Positions 24,808 through 32,690 of a stretch of 59,538 bases of DNA are shown piece by piece. The position numbers and the translations under genes were made by a program. Source of the stretch: a virus (lineage: Duplodnaviria; Caudoviricetes); IMG/VR virus record IMGVR_UViG_3300021964_000070, positions 1 to 59,538 of that record; one strand, given 5' to 3'. The notes under the pieces are model-generated. The model did no database searches and was not told the DNA's origin. It worked only from the letters and a program-made list of their open reading frames with translations. Position 1 is the stretch's first letter. Each line of letters starts with the position of its first letter.

Positions 24808-26327
24808 ATCACATAGCTCCTGTCGTAATTTTCTGGATTAACAATGAATAAGTTGTTCTTTGTCCTAGTTACACCAACGTAGAACACTCTATGTAAGTCG
24901 TCAGGGTTTTGGTCAGCCGTTTTGGACGCGGCTGGTGACAGGTCCGTATATAATACCACATTTTCTGCCTCGCCACCCTTAGATCCGTGTATCGTGGACA
25001 AATTTATTCGGGGCACGGCGTTAAACTTTTCGCCCCTGCGTAGAAGAGCCGTGATGTACGCACGGTCACCGCTGGGCAATCTATCCATAGCCTCATGCCA
25101 AATCATTTCATCAGTAGCTAACAAGCCAAAGTTATCTTGCAATGCTTTCAAGTTAACCATTTCATCATCATCCAACATGGTCAGACGTTTAAACCCACGT
25201 TTTATCCGGTCACCCACTGACATAAAGCTATAAATGGATTTAGCTACTGCGCCAGTTACTTCCCGTCCTTTACGCAGTTGCTCCCAGCCATTTACCGCTT
25301 CGCTCTGCTTTTCTGAGATGGACCGTGAGCCGCGATAGCTGTAGAGATATCCGCGCCCTTTTAAATCATCAATGGCGTTGCGTAGTAGGTAGCCCGCTTG
25401 AGCTAGTATCAGCCAGCTACCTTCAGAGAAATCAATTTGTGTAGTATTATACACACGCTCCACGCGGCCATTATCTTTGCGGGGCAGATAGGATTTAGGC
25501 ACCCGCATTTTAATTTGTTTAGCTATTTTCTGGGCTATAGGGTGCACGTTAGCCGGTACGCGAAAGGATTGCTCTAGCACCTCATATCCGCCGTTCAGCC
25601 CAATAAAGTGTTCTACATCTGCGCCAGCCCAACGGTAGATAGCTTGGTCGTCATCGCCCGCGCAGTAAATACGGTCGGAGTGCTTTTCAATTACGTGAGC
25701 CACGTCCCATTGTAACGGTGACAAGTCTTGCGCTTCATCTATAAAGCTAACCGCGAGGCGCGGACAGAAGGCCGCACCCTCCCTGACGAACACATCTAAC
25801 ATATCTGTAAAGTCAAATAGCTGGTTCCGCTGTTTATACTTTTCTAGCGTCCTTGCCACATAAGACAGCGTGGTCCAATCCACATCAGTGTCTGTCTCGT
25901 TATACTGGTCTTTAAGTGACACCTTTCTGAGACGGGCAAGGTTGATAATGCCGACAATGGGGTTGTCCTGTTTATTAAAATCAAACACGTCGGCGTCTTC
26001 GCTTTGGTTAGATACCTTGAGGTCGATGCCTATATGGTGGCTGATTTCTTTATAATGTTCGGACTGCATAACCTGTTCTTGACGGATACCAGACAGCTTC
26101 AGCGCAAAGCTATGTAGAGTTCTAAACCACGGCAGTTGAGCGGGCTCAAGATTAAACCGCTGACACGCACGTTCCACAGCTTCTTTTGAGGCTTGACGTG
26201 TGAAGGCAAAGTAGCCGATTAGAGACGGGTCTACCCCTGCCGCTAACGCCTCGTCCACTTTGTTCAGAAGCGCGGTGGTTTTCCCTGTTCCCGGAGGGCC
26301 ATATATGCGGAAGATTTTAGTTTCCAT
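24804..26327 (-). CDS. UvrD/Rep-like SF1 helicase
   Basis: GPPGTGKT, TLHS, IDEAQD, GDDDQAIY, STIHGSKGGE, YVGVTR. Confidence 0.92.
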   Translation of the reverse strand: METKIFRIYGPPGTGKTTALLNKVDEALAAGVDPSLIGYFAFTRQASKEAVERACQRFNLEPAQLPWFRTLHSFALKLSGIRQEQVMQSEHYKEISHHIGIDLKVSNQSEDADVFDFNKQDNPIVGIINLARLRKVSLKDQYNETDTDVDWTTLSYVARTLEKYKQRNQLFDFTDMLDVFVREGAAFCPRLAVSFIDEAQDLSPLQWDVAHVIEKHSDRIYCAGDDDQAIYRWAGADVEHFIGLNGGYEVLEQSFRVPANVHPIAQKIAKQIKMRVPKSYLPRKDNGRVERVYNTTQIDFSEGSWLILAQAGYLLRNAIDDLKGRGYLYSYRGSRSISEKQSEAVNGWEQLRKGREVTGAVAKSIYSFMSVGDRIKRGFKRLTMLDDDEMVNLKALQDNFGLLATDEMIWHEAMDRLPSGDRAYITALLRRGEKFNAVPRINLSTIHGSKGGEAENVVLYTDLSPAASKTADQNPDDLHRVFYVGVTRTKNNLFIVNPENYDRSYVI

Positions 26328-26508
26328 TTTCTGGCCTGTATGGTTTTTCCCAGTCTTTTGTGTGGTCAACTATAGCCTGTTGTTCATTTACAATTTGATA
26401 AACACGCTGACGGCTTAAGTTATATTTTTTAGCGATAGCCTGTAAGGTTCTGTTTTCAATAACATGGTCAACGTAGATAGCGCGGTTCCGATCATAGTTC
26501 TTCATCAT
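26317..26508 (-). CDS. Sigma-70 region 4-like HTH protein
   Basis: TLQAIAKKYNLSRQRVYQIV. Confidence 0.7.
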   Translation of the reverse strand: MMKNYDRNRAIYVDHVIENRTLQAIAKKYNLSRQRVYQIVNEQQAIVDHTKDWEKPYRPENGN

Positions 26509-26737
26509 ACAGCTCCTGTATGGTTGACATGAACCGAACAAAGATGGGGGTTTCATCCCCTACCCACGAGCCGACTACATTGAAGTACATGAAGTCGATG
26601 GCGTCATCTAAATTCATGCCATCTCTCTCACACAGTATCGCCACGCATTTATCGAAATCATAGACCGCTATTACAGGCTGACCGGCACGTTCTCCTGTCC
26701 CCACAAAAGCGTCATTAAAACCGTCTGCTATCATCAT
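26492..26737 (-). CDS. Conserved phage hypothetical protein
   Basis: ADGFNDAFVG...AVYD...FNVVGSWVGDETP. Confidence 0.65.
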   Translation of the reverse strand: MMIADGFNDAFVGTGERAGQPVIAVYDFDKCVAILCERDGMNLDDAIDFMYFNVVGSWVGDETPIFVRFMSTIQELYDEEL

Positions 26738-28272
26738 CAGAAAGGCACCTCATGTTGGTTGAAGTTAGGTTCGTCTATCTCGACGTTGACGATATCATAG
26801 GAAGGTATTTGCCAGACCCGAACTGGTCGGTTCTTTATTTTTATCACCTTACTATCCCCGCCAATATCCCGTAGCCTTTGTGCAATTTTGTGAGACTTAT
26901 ACTCAAAGAAGCGGTTGCGCTTTAAGAAGGACTCAAAGTCTTTGAGCCTGAACAACGTCACGCCGCTATCTTCATCCGTCCACGGTCGCTTCAGCAGTAT
27001 CTCTTCTTTATCTTGTGCCTGCTGTAGGTGGACACAGAACTCCTGTAAATAATCATAGAACTGGCCGCTGATGCTGGCGTCTTCTGCCACGCTGATAATC
27101 GCGCTCTCATTGTCGCGCATTTCTGTCATCAGGGCTGATATACGGTTTTCCCAAATCTGCTTGCTAACAGAGCGCGGCATGAAGCTTAACTGCTCCATAC
27201 ACATCTTCTGGAATTGTGTCTGGTTTTGTAGGGCTTCTGTATCTAGCTCTAACGGCTCCCCGTTCACGTCAATAAACCAGACTGGTGGGATAGAGTCATA
27301 CTTACGCAAATTGGCTATGGCCGCTCCCTGAACGGCTGCCCCGACACCATGCTTCCGGTTCATGCACAGTTCTTTATTGCAGTATGCGTTGATGGGCGCA
27401 TCGTTACATTTGTAGGCGTAATCCTTTTTCTCAAGCTGTTTGGCTACAATGGTCACCTCGCTCAATGGCAGAGGGGGCTCTAAATATTTTAAATTGTAAG
27501 TCAGTATCTCAGACTCCCAGCTATCTGGGTAAGCCTTGCGTAAATACACACCAATATTAAACAGGGCATTATTTCTTCCGCCCTCAGATATCTTGTCCTT
27601 GCCCAGTATTTGCAGGCACGGTGGCCCGTCTTTGAAGCCACCATCAGAAGCTTCTTCTGTTACCTGTAAAGCCTGCACCTGTTCAGGCGTCTGCTTGTAT
27701 TTTTCATACAGGCCAAAAAACTCTTCTATTGTCGCGCTTGTGCCGTCATCTTTAATGGCATAGCGCAGACCGTCTTCTGCGTCATAATATGGCAGGTTTA
27801 GGAAGTTGCCGACATCGTTTCGGTCAAGGTGCAGTTTGACCTGCTTCGGGAAGATCTCACTACCGCCATACCCCAGAGCCGCAGACACTTCCTGTAGTAC
27901 AGTCTGCATCTCTTTCGCTTCAATCCAATCAGTGGTAAATAAGAAGCAGTGCGCTCCGCCAGATTTGGAGCGGCAAACAACTAGAGGCAGTTTTAAATTG
28001 CGGATTTTTTCTATTAATACTTTGTGGTCGAGCGGATACTGGTCAACGTCAATGCACCCCCAGACGCATTTATTATCCTCATTGATCGGGATGATACCAA
28101 TAGCTTGACCCTTACCAGACAGGTGACCTTCCCACAGTTCCGTGGTCCGCGGTTCGCGCACGATGGCGGCCCGTCCGGTGTTCTTACCATTCTGGTTTTG
28201 TTTTTCTATTTTATATGTGCCATACGCCAGCTGTAAGCCGTTAAATATGGTCGAAAATTGTTCAATAGACAT
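26737..28272 (-). CDS. Archaeo-eukaryotic-type primase with PriCT-like domain
   Basis: CIDVD, SKSGGAH, EIFPKQ, GNFLNLPY, EGGRNNALF; start MSIEQF. Confidence 0.8.
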   Translation of the reverse strand: MSIEQFSTIFNGLQLAYGTYKIEKQNQNGKNTGRAAIVREPRTTELWEGHLSGKGQAIGIIPINEDNKCVWGCIDVDQYPLDHKVLIEKIRNLKLPLVVCRSKSGGAHCFLFTTDWIEAKEMQTVLQEVSAALGYGGSEIFPKQVKLHLDRNDVGNFLNLPYYDAEDGLRYAIKDDGTSATIEEFFGLYEKYKQTPEQVQALQVTEEASDGGFKDGPPCLQILGKDKISEGGRNNALFNIGVYLRKAYPDSWESEILTYNLKYLEPPLPLSEVTIVAKQLEKKDYAYKCNDAPINAYCNKELCMNRKHGVGAAVQGAAIANLRKYDSIPPVWFIDVNGEPLELDTEALQNQTQFQKMCMEQLSFMPRSVSKQIWENRISALMTEMRDNESAIISVAEDASISGQFYDYLQEFCVHLQQAQDKEEILLKRPWTDEDSGVTLFRLKDFESFLKRNRFFEYKSHKIAQRLRDIGGDSKVIKIKNRPVRVWQIPSYDIVNVEIDEPNFNQHEVPF

Positions 28273-28279
28273 GATGCCC

Positions 28280-28328
28280 CCAAAAGCAAGGAAGGAGCGG
28301 TGAAGTAGCATACTACCCCACCGCCCCA
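28280..28328 (-). terminator. Long hairpin between ssDNA-binding and primase genes (attenuator-like)
   Basis: GGGGCGGTGGGGTAG-TATG-CTACTTCACCGCTCC followed by pyrimidine tract. Confidence 0.55.
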
Positions 28329-28333
28329 ACTAT

Positions 28334-29128
28334 TTAGAATGGAATGTCGTCATTCGGCACATTGCCGCCGCCACTCTCATCCTGATGCTTCACAACCACA
28401 TCACCTGACGTGATGCTTTCAGCGAACTCTTTCGCCCGCTGGTAGGTTGCCATGTCTTCTACAGGGCCTACACGGCTCATTTCCCAACCATGCCAGCTAC
28501 CCTTACTATTTTCCTCAAGCACAGTCTTGAGTAAGTAAACGTGGCTAAAACGTGGCGGGGTGAACGGCCCGTTCTTACCCTGCATAGTTAAAGATGAAAT
28601 CATGCTGTTCCACTTACGTGACTTTTTAAGTTGAGTTGATTTCATAGCCAGAAGAGCAGTCTCAGCGGCCCCATCATCGTGAAGCACGATAACAAAGTGC
28701 TGATGCGTCTCTTCAATGTAATGACCAGAACCGTCCTGAACATATTCTTTCTGATCTTCAGAAGAGCGTTCAGTTTTTGGCATGGCCTCACCCGGAGCGT
28801 AAATAGCCACAGGAGCACCCGTGCCTTCGCCCAGAGGAGCCCATTGTATGAACCTGCGCTGGTAGGCTACCGGAATAACTTTTACGCCATCCTTGCCCTT
28901 TATAACCTGCCCAGTGACAGTGTTATAAATGTCGCCCTTACGCGCATCCTCAAGGGTGTCGAGTTCCTTACTCATGCCGCCCAAAATCTTGAGGAACGGC
29001 AGGGCAAGGTCATCTTGACCCATATTGTTAACACCAGATCCCGCATCTGCTTCAAACATAGAAGGGTCGAACGGGATTACTTCAGCAGATTTTTTGGTTT
29101 CTGCAACCTCAGTTTTCTTTTCAGCCAT
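28334..29128 (-). CDS. Putative ssDNA-binding protein
   Basis: Start MAEKKTE; acidic C-terminal DDIPF tail typical of SSBs; replication module. Confidence 0.7.
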   Translation of the reverse strand: MAEKKTEVAETKKSAEVIPFDPSMFEADAGSGVNNMGQDDLALPFLKILGGMSKELDTLEDARKGDIYNTVTGQVIKGKDGVKVIPVAYQRRFIQWAPLGEGTGAPVAIYAPGEAMPKTERSSEDQKEYVQDGSGHYIEETHQHFVIVLHDDGAAETALLAMKSTQLKKSRKWNSMISSLTMQGKNGPFTPPRFSHVYLLKTVLEENSKGSWHGWEMSRVGPVEDMATYQRAKEFAESITSGDVVVKHQDESGGGNVPNDDIPF

Positions 29129-29129
29129 T

Positions 29130-29708
29130 TTATTTACTCCTCTTAACAACGGCTCGTTGACCAACATAGGCTCCGAATAACTCCATTGGGAAGTCGTCAC
29201 CATTTTCAACACGTTCCTTGACAAAGGCACGAAGCGTCTGCGGATGGATTTCCTCCTTCTGCTCTGCAAGGTAGCCTTCTTTTTCGGCAAAGGCTTTGAA
29301 GGCCGACGCTTTGTCGTCTTCGCCCCTGCCAAATTGACACGCAACGGTATTTTTAATGATGTCATCGTATCCCTGCTCTCTTAGCCATTCGTAGGCCGCT
29401 GGCCGATTATCGACGAGGATGGATGCCCCGTAGGTTGGTTTGACGGTGACCTCAGAGCCATCGTCAAGTTTCATGCTAGACAGACCAATCTCTGCAAGCA
29501 TGGTTGGCAGTTCCTCATCCGTGAGTTTGAGCAAAGATTTCTTTTCGTCCTTAAGCTTCTGCTCAAGGGCGGCTACTTCTTTCTCTTTGTCACGGATTGC
29601 TCTTGCCACTCCGGCAACTGTGGTTAAGTCGCCTTGGTTCAGTTTTTCAACTGAAGAAGCTAAATTCTGTTCGAAGTCAGCTTCCATTTGGTCAAATATA
29701 TCGCTCAT
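29130..29708 (-). CDS. Coiled-coil replication/recombination accessory protein
   Basis: LPTML...WLREQGYDDIIK...IHPQTLRAFVKE pattern. Confidence 0.65.
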   Translation of the reverse strand: MSDIFDQMEADFEQNLASSVEKLNQGDLTTVAGVARAIRDKEKEVAALEQKLKDEKKSLLKLTDEELPTMLAEIGLSSMKLDDGSEVTVKPTYGASILVDNRPAAYEWLREQGYDDIIKNTVACQFGRGEDDKASAFKAFAEKEGYLAEQKEEIHPQTLRAFVKERVENGDDFPMELFGAYVGQRAVVKRSK

Positions 29709-29743
29709 GGCGTTTCTCCTGTTTTAAAGACTCCGTTAGGGCC

Positions 29744-29784
29744 TTGACATAACCCTATATATGCTTATATACTCTCAATGTCAA
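29744..29784. promoter_or_regulatory. Overlapping divergent sigma70 promoters
   Basis: + strand TTGACA(29744)-18-TATACT; - strand TTGACA(29784)-17-TATATA; octamers phased at 10 bp. Confidence 0.75.
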
Positions 29785-29795
29785 GGAGAAATGTT

Positions 29796-31244
29796 ATGCG
29801 GGATTATATTTTTAAAACAAAGCCTTTTAAACACCAGCAGAAAGCTTGGGAAGACTCGTGGGCCGCGGACTATTATGCGCTGTTCATGGAGATGGGTACG
29901 GGCAAATCTAAGGTGGCTATTGATACAATTGGCGCATTATATAAAGCCAAGAAAGTAACAGCGGCATTAATCCTAGCCCCTAAAGGTGTGTATGACAACT
30001 GGGTAAAGGGAGAAATTCCAACTCACTTACCAGATGATATTGAACGGACTGTTGTGCGCTGGTCACCCTCTAACGCTAAAAAGTTTCAGGAAGAAATGAA
30101 AGAGCTGGTATATGACAAGTTCGAGGGCTTGAAGGTGTTTGTCATGAACATTGAAGCGCTGTCCACGCCACGCGGCACAAAAGCCGCTTATATGTTTCTT
30201 ACTAAAAACCCTGCTAATATTATGGTGGTTGATGAAAGCACCACTATTAAGAATAGGAAAGCTACGCGCACTAAGAACGTGATGATCTTAGCTAAAGACG
30301 CTAAATATAAACGCATACTTACCGGCTCCCCCGTAACTAAAAGCCCAATGGATTTATACAGCCAGTGCTTTTTTCTGGACGAGAGAGCTCTGGGTTTTAA
30401 TAGTTACTATGCCTTTCAAAATAGGTACGCCCTTGTTCAAAAACGGAAGATGGGGACTAGAGCGTTTCAGGAAATTGTCGGCTACAGACGGCTAGATGAA
30501 TTAAATGTCAAGCTTGACAAGTTCAGTAATCGTATTCTGAAAGAAGAATGTTTGGACCTGCCGGATAAAATGTATATACGGCGGGACGTTGCGCTCACGG
30601 ACGAGCAGAAAAAAATGTATATACAAATGAAAAAGCTGGCGCTTGCCCAATTAGAAAACGGGGAATTAGCTACCACTGCCAGCGTATTGACGCAAATAAT
30701 GCGTCTTCAGCAAATTTGTTGCGGCTTTCTTCAACCAGATGACGGGGAAATCCAGACTTTGGATAATAACCGGATGAAGGAACTACTGGAGATAACCGAC
30801 GAGCTTCAGGGAAAGGCTATCATTTGGGCGTCATATACTCATGACATCCAACAGATATCTGATGCCCTGCGCGACCGCTTTGGGCCCGATGCGGTCGCAA
30901 CTTATTATGGGGCTACGCCTCAAGATGAACGGCAGGAAATAGTAAACCGCTTTCAAGATAAAGAAAGCCCGTTACGGTTTTTTGTCGGTCAGCCACGGAC
31001 AGGGGGCTACGGGATCACCCTGACCGCGGCTAACACGGTGATATATTACTCTAATAGTTATGATTTGGAAATACGTTTGCAGTCAGAAGATAGAGCGCAT
31101 CGTATCGGGCAGGCTAACAAGGTGACATATATTGACCTAGTATCCCCCGACACGATTGATGAGAAAATACTCAAAGCCTTACGCGGTAAGATTGACCTTG
31201 CCGGTAAGGTGTTAGGGGAAGAGGTTAAGGACTGGTTAGTTTAG
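29796..31244 (+). CDS. SNF2-family (SF2) helicase
   Basis: MEMGTGKS, VVDES, LTGSP, GGYGITL, QSEDRAHRIGQ; AAGGAG RBS before MRDY. Confidence 0.92.
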   Translation: MRDYIFKTKPFKHQQKAWEDSWAADYYALFMEMGTGKSKVAIDTIGALYKAKKVTAALILAPKGVYDNWVKGEIPTHLPDDIERTVVRWSPSNAKKFQEEMKELVYDKFEGLKVFVMNIEALSTPRGTKAAYMFLTKNPANIMVVDESTTIKNRKATRTKNVMILAKDAKYKRILTGSPVTKSPMDLYSQCFFLDERALGFNSYYAFQNRYALVQKRKMGTRAFQEIVGYRRLDELNVKLDKFSNRILKEECLDLPDKMYIRRDVALTDEQKKMYIQMKKLALAQLENGELATTASVLTQIMRLQQICCGFLQPDDGEIQTLDNNRMKELLEITDELQGKAIIWASYTHDIQQISDALRDRFGPDAVATYYGATPQDERQEIVNRFQDKESPLRFFVGQPRTGGYGITLTAANTVIYYSNSYDLEIRLQSEDRAHRIGQANKVTYIDLVSPDTIDEKILKALRGKIDLAGKVLGEEVKDWLV

Positions 31245-32248
31245 TCGTATAAACTAGCTATACCCATCATGTCCGCAAATGATTTACCGGTTTTTGCTAT
31301 CTGGTCATAGATAGAAGGCTGTTGTCTGGTGCTAGTTATGCCACCTCTTGATGCCGATGTATAAGTATTACCCTTCTTAGCTAGGTTCCCTTGATACGTG
31401 GTTTCGCCGGGTAAGTTTCCAAAAACATTAGTAAACGTATCTAGAAACGCGGTTGAAGTTGGGTTATTTAAACCTGTTTGAGTAGGCTGGTAGTTATTCA
31501 TGCCTTGTGTCAAAGCAGACATGATACCGCTGCTGGTTATAGGTGAGCTGTTGAACGATACCCGGCCATTTCCGCTAAATAAGTCAGTAGGCGCTGTATA
31601 TTCAAACCCAATACTACCGCTTCCAACATTTGGGGTAAGTGTCCCGCCCTGCCCAAACGGGTTTTCGAGGCCAAAATTAACGCCGCTCCCCTGATTAACA
31701 TTAGGGGTAGAATAACCGCCACCTTTTGTGGGCTCGTTTAAACCTAATGTTGGGATGTCGTAAGCTGGGATGTCGTAAGACGGCTTGTTTACATCGCCAA
31801 ATGCTTCGCCCAATCGCCCTGAAATATCTGTTGTGGGGCGGTCCATAAAACCAGCAGAAGAAGATAGGTCCCCCAAGCTAGGGCCGTCAGCCGCGCCCTG
31901 TCTACCCTGAAACCCAGAGTCCAATATAGCTTGCGACACTCTCCCTTGGATGCTGTCCGCCAGCGCATCTTTACGGGCTTGGTCTGCGTTAAAAGAGCCG
32001 CCCATCCTGCCTCTAGGGTCCATAACGTCCGCACGGCCCATTCCGCTACCGCCGCCCGGTGAGCGGTCATTCCTGTCGTCATAGCTGGGTTTGCTGGTAC
32101 CGCCGCCACCGCCACCGCCGCCGCCACCGCCGCCGCCACCGCCGCCGCCGTCGCCGCCGTCGCCGCCGAAGCAGTAGAACTTGCTTTCAAAACTCCCGTC
32201 ATCGAAGCTTTGGTCTAAGCCATCTGACCATCTCTTTTTATACAGCAC
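31241..32248 (-). CDS. Gly-rich putative ejection/internal virion protein, candidate acylation substrate
   Basis: Leader...KFYCFGG followed by poly-Gly; C-terminal GIASL; overlaps HlyC-like gene. Confidence 0.55.
   Translation of the reverse strand: MLYKKRWSDGLDQSFDDGSFESKFYCFGGDGGDGGGGGGGGGGGGGGGGGTSKPSYDDRNDRSPGGGSGMGRADVMDPRGRMGGSFNADQARKDALADSIQGRVSQAILDSGFQGRQGAADGPSLGDLSSSAGFMDRPTTDISGRLGEAFGDVNKPSYDIPAYDIPTLGLNEPTKGGGYSTPNVNQGSGVNFGLENPFGQGGTLTPNVGSGSIGFEYTAPTDLFSGNGRVSFNSSPITSSGIMSALTQGMNNYQPTQTGLNNPTSTAFLDTFTNVFGNLPGETTYQGNLAKKGNTYTSASRGGITSTRQQPSIYDQIAKTGKSFADMMGIASLYD
32099..32167 (-). repeat. GGC/GGT trinucleotide tract encoding GGDGGD plus poly-Gly
   Basis: (CCG/CCA)n run visible on + strand. 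Confidence 0.9.
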
Positions 32249-32687
32249 AGCAATATCTCCTTACTTCTAATTCTGACTGTACGCCAGTAGCATAGCCAAG
32301 CCTCTTACCTTGAGCTTGACGAATAAAGTTAGCACCATCAAATTGATAGGTTTCAATGTAGCGCTTCGTCAGAACCTTTTGTGCAAATCTACTTAGTTTG
32401 AGTGCGTTCTTGTACGGCGCTATGAAATCTATCACATACAGCATACCATCATCTGGCCCGTTGCTCCAGATGTCCGCTGGTAATTTTTTCGAACCGTCCT
32501 TATACCCCTCTTCTACCTCTTTAGGCAAAAAAGCGTAGGAGAAAAGGCCCGCGGGCCGCGTTTCGTCATACATGACCAGCATCTTTTTGTTTTCCAAAGC
32601 TGGAATAACTAGACGCTTCATATCTTCGATGTACCATTTGCGGTGCATCTCCGATTCCATCATCAATTTCAAAACGTCGTGTATCAT
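32238..32687 (-). CDS. hlyC: HlyC/CyaC-family toxin-activating acyltransferase
   Basis: LMMESEMHRKW (catalytic S/H), LVIPAL, PAGLFSYAFL...EEGY, IWSNG...LYVIDFIAPY (catalytic D). Confidence 0.85.
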   Translation of the reverse strand: MIHDVLKLMMESEMHRKWYIEDMKRLVIPALENKKMLVMYDETRPAGLFSYAFLPKEVEEGYKDGSKKLPADIWSNGPDDGMLYVIDFIAPYKNALKLSRFAQKVLTKRYIETYQFDGANFIRQAQGKRLGYATGVQSELEVRRYCCAV

Positions 32688-32690
32688 AAA

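Noticed and set aside
32099-32167. GGDGGD/poly-Gly as RTX calcium-binding repeats
   Set aside because: Does not fit GGxGxDxUx nonapeptide arrays, and there is no type I secretion system.
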